A DNA stretch of 64,000 nt from Candidatus Omnitrophota bacterium (GTDB lineage Bacteria; Omnitrophota; Gorgyraeia; S143-82), in NCBI GenBank assembly GCA_015494465.1, contig WGBD01000011.1:3553-67552 (forward strand), read 5' to 3'. A program made the position numbers and the translations under genes. Shown one piece after another: positions 59,577-64,000 of this stretch (its first letter is position 1; every line of letters starts with the position of its first letter). Under the pieces are notes generated by a model. It was not told where the DNA came from and made no database searches. It saw nothing but the letters and a program-made list of their open reading frames with translations.

Positions 59577-60096
59577 CTCTGCCCACCAGGATCCGATAAC
59601 CAGAGTAAAGGCTCACCAGGACCGACAGGTATGCCAGCCACCTTACCAGCAAAACCAGGGAATCGATTCGGGACAAAAGGGTCGCAAATCCCAATACCAG
59701 GGTAAACATCTGCAGGCCCGTCTTCGTCTTACCCCACCAGAAGGCAGGCACGACACGGTTGTCCTTGCTCAAGACCGCGAACCTGTACAGCGTAAGTCCT
59801 ACCTCCCGCAAGGCCAATACCCCTACTACCCACCAGGGCAAGATCTCCTTCCAGGCCAGGACAGTAAATCCCGCTAGCACCATCACCTTATCGGTTATGG
59901 GATCTATCAACCTCCCAAACTCGCTCTCAAGCAAGAACCGGCGGGCAAGGTAACCGTCCAGCATGTCGGAGAGGCTAGCAATCCCGAAGAGAAATACGGC
60001 AATCCCTATCCTGTCCACATAGAAACAATAGAGGGCCAAGGCAGTCAACGGGATCCTCGAGAGACTGATGAGATTAGGCACCTGTGCCAGGATCAT
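59563..60096 (-). CDS. pgsA: CDP-diacylglycerol--glycerol-3-phosphate 3-phosphatidyltransferase
   Basis: 177 aa membrane protein with the CDP-alcohol phosphatidyltransferase motif DMLDGYLAR...G...D. Confidence 0.88.
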   Translation of the reverse strand: MILAQVPNLISLSRIPLTALALYCFYVDRIGIAVFLFGIASLSDMLDGYLARRFLLESEFGRLIDPITDKVMVLAGFTVLAWKEILPWWVVGVLALREVGLTLYRFAVLSKDNRVVPAFWWGKTKTGLQMFTLVLGFATLLSRIDSLVLLVRWLAYLSVLVSLYSGYRILVGRDGSD

Positions 60097-61523
60097 ACAT
60101 CGATAACTTTTAAGCTGTTAGTCGTCCCCGGAACGCCAAAGGGCATGCCCGAGGTGATGACTATCCTGTCTCCCTGGGATACCACATCCAATGCAGAGAG
60201 AAACTGGGTTAGTTCGTCCCCTACTATGTTCAACCGGCTCATGTATATCGGATAGACGCCAAAAGAGAGGTTCAGGATGTTCCTCACGGTGTAGTTGTCG
60301 GTTACCGCTATGATCCACTGCTCCGGACGGAGACGAGATATGCGCCTCGCGGTTGTCCCAGTGGTGGTAGGAGTGACCACGAAGTCCACCGAGCGGTTGC
60401 AGAGTATGTCGTAGGTGGCTATGCTTATCATGTCGTCGATCCTATCGGATTGACGGATCACCTCCCTTATCAGCTCTGCCATGGATCCGGGCTGGACGAG
60501 TTCAGTCTCGGTTATGCGGGCGATCTTCACCGCCATCTTTACCACTTCGACTGGATACTTGCCTACCGCTGTCTCTTCCGAGAACATTATCGCATCCGCT
60601 CCGTCCAATATGGCATTGGCCACATCGGTAACCTCTGCTCGGGTAGGCCTGAGGTTGTCCACCATGGACTCCAACATCTGGGTGGCGACTATCACCGGCT
60701 TTGCCTGCATGTTGGCCACCCTTATGATACGCTTCTGTATCACTGGGATCTCCTCTATAGGAAGCTCAACCCCCAGATCACCCCTGGCAACCATCACCGC
60801 GTCCGCAGACTCGACGATGGCCTCTATGTTCTCAACTGCCTTGCCCCTCTCTATCTTGGCAAGGATAAACGGACGATAGTGGGGATCTTGGGGAAGAAGG
60901 GACTTGGCCTTTTCTATGTCATCGGGGCTACCCACGAACGAGACGCATATCACATCCACCTTGTTCTTCACTCCAAACTCGATACAGGTCTTATCAAAGT
61001 CAGTTATTGCTCCCTCCTTGAACTCTATCCCCGGCACATTTATCCCCTTGTGGGATCGTACCGTCCCGGGCAATAAGGCCCTGGTGAGTATCTCTTTCCC
61101 TCTCACCTCCAGGACCTTGAACTGCAGGACCCCGTCTCCAACGTATATTATGTCCCCCTTGTGGACCTTCTTTTCTAGGCCAGCTATCTCGTGAGGGAGA
61201 TATATTGCATCCTCAAAACTCCTCTTCTTCCCGTCGGAAAAGACGACCAGTTCTCCCTTCTTCACCTCCACGGGCTCTTCTAACTTCCCCAACCTCATCT
61301 TGGGCCCGGGCAGGTCTATTATCACTGCCACACCGCTGTTCAGGTCCTCGGAGACTGAACGGATCCGTTTGATTATCTGGGAGAACTCACTGAAAGTGCC
61401 GTGGGACATGTTCAGACGAAAGCCGTCCACCCCCGCTTTGATTAGTTTGGATATCGTCTTCTCGTCGCTGGAACTGGGACCGATGGTGGCAACTATCTTG
61501 GTCTTTGGGGCCCTGATCCTCAT
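60093..61523 (-). CDS. pyk: Pyruvate kinase
   Basis: 476 aa. TKIVATIGPSSSDEKTISKLIKAGVDGFRLNMSHGT is the N-terminus, with the MVARGDLGVE active-site motif. Confidence 0.93.
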   Translation of the reverse strand: MRIRAPKTKIVATIGPSSSDEKTISKLIKAGVDGFRLNMSHGTFSEFSQIIKRIRSVSEDLNSGVAVIIDLPGPKMRLGKLEEPVEVKKGELVVFSDGKKRSFEDAIYLPHEIAGLEKKVHKGDIIYVGDGVLQFKVLEVRGKEILTRALLPGTVRSHKGINVPGIEFKEGAITDFDKTCIEFGVKNKVDVICVSFVGSPDDIEKAKSLLPQDPHYRPFILAKIERGKAVENIEAIVESADAVMVARGDLGVELPIEEIPVIQKRIIRVANMQAKPVIVATQMLESMVDNLRPTRAEVTDVANAILDGADAIMFSEETAVGKYPVEVVKMAVKIARITETELVQPGSMAELIREVIRQSDRIDDMISIATYDILCNRSVDFVVTPTTTGTTARRISRLRPEQWIIAVTDNYTVRNILNLSFGVYPIYMSRLNIVGDELTQFLSALDVVSQGDRIVITSGMPFGVPGTTNSLKVIDV

Positions 61524-62872
61524 GCCAACTCCTTTATCTTCTCCTCCACCAAACTCAACTTCTCCCGCATAAGTTCCTCCGTATTGGCCTCCAGATTCAA
61601 CCTGACGAGGGGTTCAGTATTGGACTTTCTCAGGTTGAACCACCAGTCTCCAAAGTCCATGGTGAGGCCGTCCAGCTTCATTACCTCCTTGGGAGAGAAT
61701 TGAGAAAAGTAGGCCTCCACGCCTGCCAAGACCCGATCTGGATCGCTCACCTTGAAGTTTATCTCGCCAGTGGCGTGGTACTTCCTGATGGAAGAGATGA
61801 TCTGGGAAACGGGCCTCTGGTCCTGAGATACGATGTTCAGGCCCTTGATGAGGGCCAGCAGGCCGCTGTCTGCGAAGTAGTTGTCCCGGAAGTAATAGTG
61901 CCCGGACAACTCCCCACCGAACGGCGCGTCGTGTTTTCTCATCGTCTCCTTTATATAGGCGTGACCTACCCGGGTTATCACCGGTACCCCACCGTTTTCC
62001 CTTATTATTTCCGGAACCACCTTGCTGGAGCGCAGGTCGTAGACTATGTGGGCACCGGGCTCGTTCAGGAGGACCTCTATGGCGATAAGGGCGGTTATCA
62101 TGTCCGAGCTTATGCGATGCCCCTTCTCGTCTATGAACATCACCCTGTCCCCGTCCGCATCGAATATGGCCCCTATGTCCGCCTTTACCTCAAGGACCTT
62201 TCCCCGCAAGAGCCTTATTGCCTCGTCCTTCATGGGATCGGGAGAGTGGTTGGGGAAACGGCCGTCCGGCTCAACGCACAAAGGATACAATTTTACCTGA
62301 GGGATGTGGCGGAAGAGTTCCACCGCCACCGGACCAACCGCCCCGTTGCTGGCATCCAGGACCAGTTTTACCTCCCTGTCCACCTGAACGAACCTCAAAA
62401 GGTGATCTATGTAGTCCTTTACTATGTCCAATTCCCTGACCTTGCCCGGGATAGAGGCCTTCTGCACCTCAAGGTCCCCGGAGGTAACCAATCTCTCTAT
62501 CTCCCCTATTCCCGTCTCGTAACTCAGGGCAATCGCCTGCTCCCGGCATATCTTCATCCCGTTGTACTGCTTAGGGTTGTGGGATGCGGTTATCTGGACA
62601 GTGCATCCAAAGCCGTATCTGCCCGAGGCAAAGTAGGCCATAGGGGTAGAGACAAGGCCGATGTCCACCACATCCCGACCCGATTCGGTGATGGCCCTCG
62701 TCAGGGCGGAGAACAGTTGCGGTGAGGAGGTGCGGGCGTCCCTTCCCACGCAGAACTCCTCCACATTGGGGAACAACTGCACCAGTGCCAGGCCTATCTT
62801 GTAGACTATGTCCTCGTTTATCTCGTCGGGATATACCCCTCTGATGTCGTAGGATCTGAATATACCTGCCAT
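61520..62872 (-). CDS. Alpha-D-phosphohexomutase (phosphomannomutase/phosphoglucomutase family)
   Basis: 450 aa. Active-site Ser loop CTVQITASHNP, a metal-binding DADGDR, and a sugar-binding C-terminal domain. Confidence 0.82.
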   Translation of the reverse strand: MAGIFRSYDIRGVYPDEINEDIVYKIGLALVQLFPNVEEFCVGRDARTSSPQLFSALTRAITESGRDVVDIGLVSTPMAYFASGRYGFGCTVQITASHNPKQYNGMKICREQAIALSYETGIGEIERLVTSGDLEVQKASIPGKVRELDIVKDYIDHLLRFVQVDREVKLVLDASNGAVGPVAVELFRHIPQVKLYPLCVEPDGRFPNHSPDPMKDEAIRLLRGKVLEVKADIGAIFDADGDRVMFIDEKGHRISSDMITALIAIEVLLNEPGAHIVYDLRSSKVVPEIIRENGGVPVITRVGHAYIKETMRKHDAPFGGELSGHYYFRDNYFADSGLLALIKGLNIVSQDQRPVSQIISSIRKYHATGEINFKVSDPDRVLAGVEAYFSQFSPKEVMKLDGLTMDFGDWWFNLRKSNTEPLVRLNLEANTEELMREKLSLVEEKIKELA

Positions 62873-62916
62873 CCCGTCTTTACCCCCCGTAGAATACCAA
62901 TGCCCTCAGCCTCTTC

Positions 62917-64000
62917 TTAAGCACCGTACTTCTTCAACTTGCCAGCGTGGGCCATCATAAGCGGCATCAACTGCATAGAGTACATTCGCCCCAACGACCC
63001 CTTCAACGCCTCCTTCTCGGTGAATCGCTCACAGGGATCGTAGCGCAGATAAGGGGCGGACAATAACACCGGAACCGGATGCCAAGAGTGGGCCTTTAAT
63101 ACGCAAGGCGTAGAGTGATCCCCGGTGATGGCCAACACATCCGGCTTTTTATCCAGTATCCTCGGCAATACTGCATCAAAGGCCTCTATCTGGTGGACCT
63201 TACTCTCAAAATTGCCGTCCTCTCCGTAGCTGTCGGTCTTCTTTATGTGCAGAAAGATGTAATCGTACTTGTCGAAGTTATCCTCGAACAAGGCAATCTT
63301 TTCCTCCAAAAGCTCACCGTGTCCTTCGAGCTTCAACACCTCCATACCGACCACCCGGGCGATCCCCTTGTACATGGGATAGGAGGCTACCGCACCGGGG
63401 TTCAACTTGTATATCTCGCGCATAGAAGGGATGTTCGGCAGTTTGTCAAAGCCCCGCAGGAGGACCATGTTTGCAGGATGCTCGTCCTTCAAGACCTCTT
63501 TTACTATGTCTATAAACTTCTTCACCACTTCAGCGGTCTTTTTGGACGACTCGTCCAAGGCAACGGGGTCCAGGGGCAGGAGCCCGGTTTTCTGGGGATC
63601 GGTATCGCTCACATGGGGCCCCAACCCTTCTCCGGAAAGGAGCAGAACAAACCTATGCTCCTCTTCGGGCCTAACGGTTATCTTGACTCCGTCTATCTCC
63701 TGAACCGCAGAGGATATCTTCTCGCACAACTTTGCGTTCAATTCCGTCGGGATCCTGCCCGCGCGACGATCTACGACCTTGCCGGAGGAGTCAACCGTGC
63801 AGAAGTTGCCCCGCGCAGCGACATCGTTTGGTCCCATCTCTAGGCCTATCCCGAGGGCAGAGAGAACCCCCCTTCCTATCCAGTACCTCAACGGGTTGTA
63901 TCCAAAGAGTCCGAGGTGTCCCGGCCCACTGCCCGGGGTGATGCCCGGATATATTGGATCCATCAATCCCAACGCGGAGTTGACTGCGAGCCTGTCCAGG
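62917..64000 (-). CDS. apgM: 2,3-bisphosphoglycerate-independent phosphoglycerate mutase, archaeal-type (ApgM), 5'-truncated by the window edge
   Basis: The 351 aa visible portion matches the ApgM family (metalloenzyme-superfamily C-terminal domain, LAITGDHSTP, GMEVLKLEGHGELLE). The frame is open from 63972 to the window end, so the N-terminus lies outside. The ORF track started it at an internal TTG. Confidence 0.8.
   Translation of the reverse strand, partial: LDRLAVNSALGLMDPIYPGITPGSGPGHLGLFGYNPLRYWIGRGVLSALGIGLEMGPNDVAARGNFCTVDSSGKVVDRRAGRIPTELNAKLCEKISSAVQEIDGVKITVRPEEEHRFVLLLSGEGLGPHVSDTDPQKTGLLPLDPVALDESSKKTAEVVKKFIDIVKEVLKDEHPANMVLLRGFDKLPNIPSMREIYKLNPGAVASYPMYKGIARVVGMEVLKLEGHGELLEEKIALFEDNFDKYDYIFLHIKKTDSYGEDGNFESKVHQIEAFDAVLPRILDKKPDVLAITGDHSTPCVLKAHSWHPVPVLLSAPYLRYDPCERFTEKEALKGSLGRMYSMQLMPLMMAHAGKLKKYGA

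Noticed and set aside
1-64000. CRISPR arrays, transposases, integrases, prophage or other mobile elements; tRNA-adjacent integration
   Set aside because: No spaced direct-repeat arrays, no transposase or integrase-like ORFs, and no direct repeats flanking the tRNA genes were seen. The region reads as uninterrupted core genome.

Overview
This 64 kb window is a GC-rich, very tightly packed stretch of bacterial core genome. Every gene I can support, 64 CDS and 3 tRNAs, lies on the minus strand. Intergenic space is nearly absent, and many stop/start overlaps (ATGA and similar) suggest translational coupling.

The encoded set points to a diderm, LPS-making organism (lpxB, kdsB, a GT9 heptosyltransferase, a stand-alone RfaE domain II, lgt). 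It is probably an anaerobic thermophile (pta-ackA, archaeal-type ApgM, a PflX-like radical SAM protein, class I-beta DAHP synthase, AGG/AGA/ATA-rich codon usage). That physiological reading is inference.

Gene order on the minus strand, running from high to low coordinates:
- 5'-truncated apgM, then a phosphohexomutase, pyk, pgsA, trpF and an Ig-like secreted protein.
- tRNA-Arg, then hisC and DAHP synthase.
- A mutually overlapping yibQ-like deacetylase / PflX-like radical SAM / DUF1571-like trio.
- rnhB, yraN, an M48 lipoprotein peptidase and recO.
- A partial dcw cluster, mraZ-rsmH-ftsL-ftsI-murE-murF, which stops there. It is followed by prfB and a lone murG-like gene.
- An HExxH membrane protein, an FchA-like cyclodeaminase, a head-only tRNA nucleotidyltransferase, kdsB and pyrG.
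- A Gfo/Idh/MocA oxidoreductase overlapping lpxB, then hisF, phoH2 (PIN-PhoH), rnc, a DegT aminotransferase, a D-2-hydroxyacid dehydrogenase and lysC.
- tRNA-Gly, then gpsA, rfaE domain II, thiE (with an N-terminal extension), thiC, a double zinc-ribbon protein, tsaD, dapB and ahcY.
- tRNA-Glu, then thrS-infC-rpmI-rplT-pheS-pheT.
- pta-ackA, a lipoprotein, lipB-gcvT-gcvH-gcvPA-gcvPB, a lipoprotein, the GT9 gene, lgt and rluD.
- A stand-alone PEP-CTERM protein with its own terminator, then gltB, which runs off the 5' window edge.

I found no CRISPR array, transposase, integrase or prophage. The ORF track omits the two edge-truncated genes (gltB, and the upstream part of apgM). Its long plus-strand ORFs are antisense shadows of the minus-strand genes.
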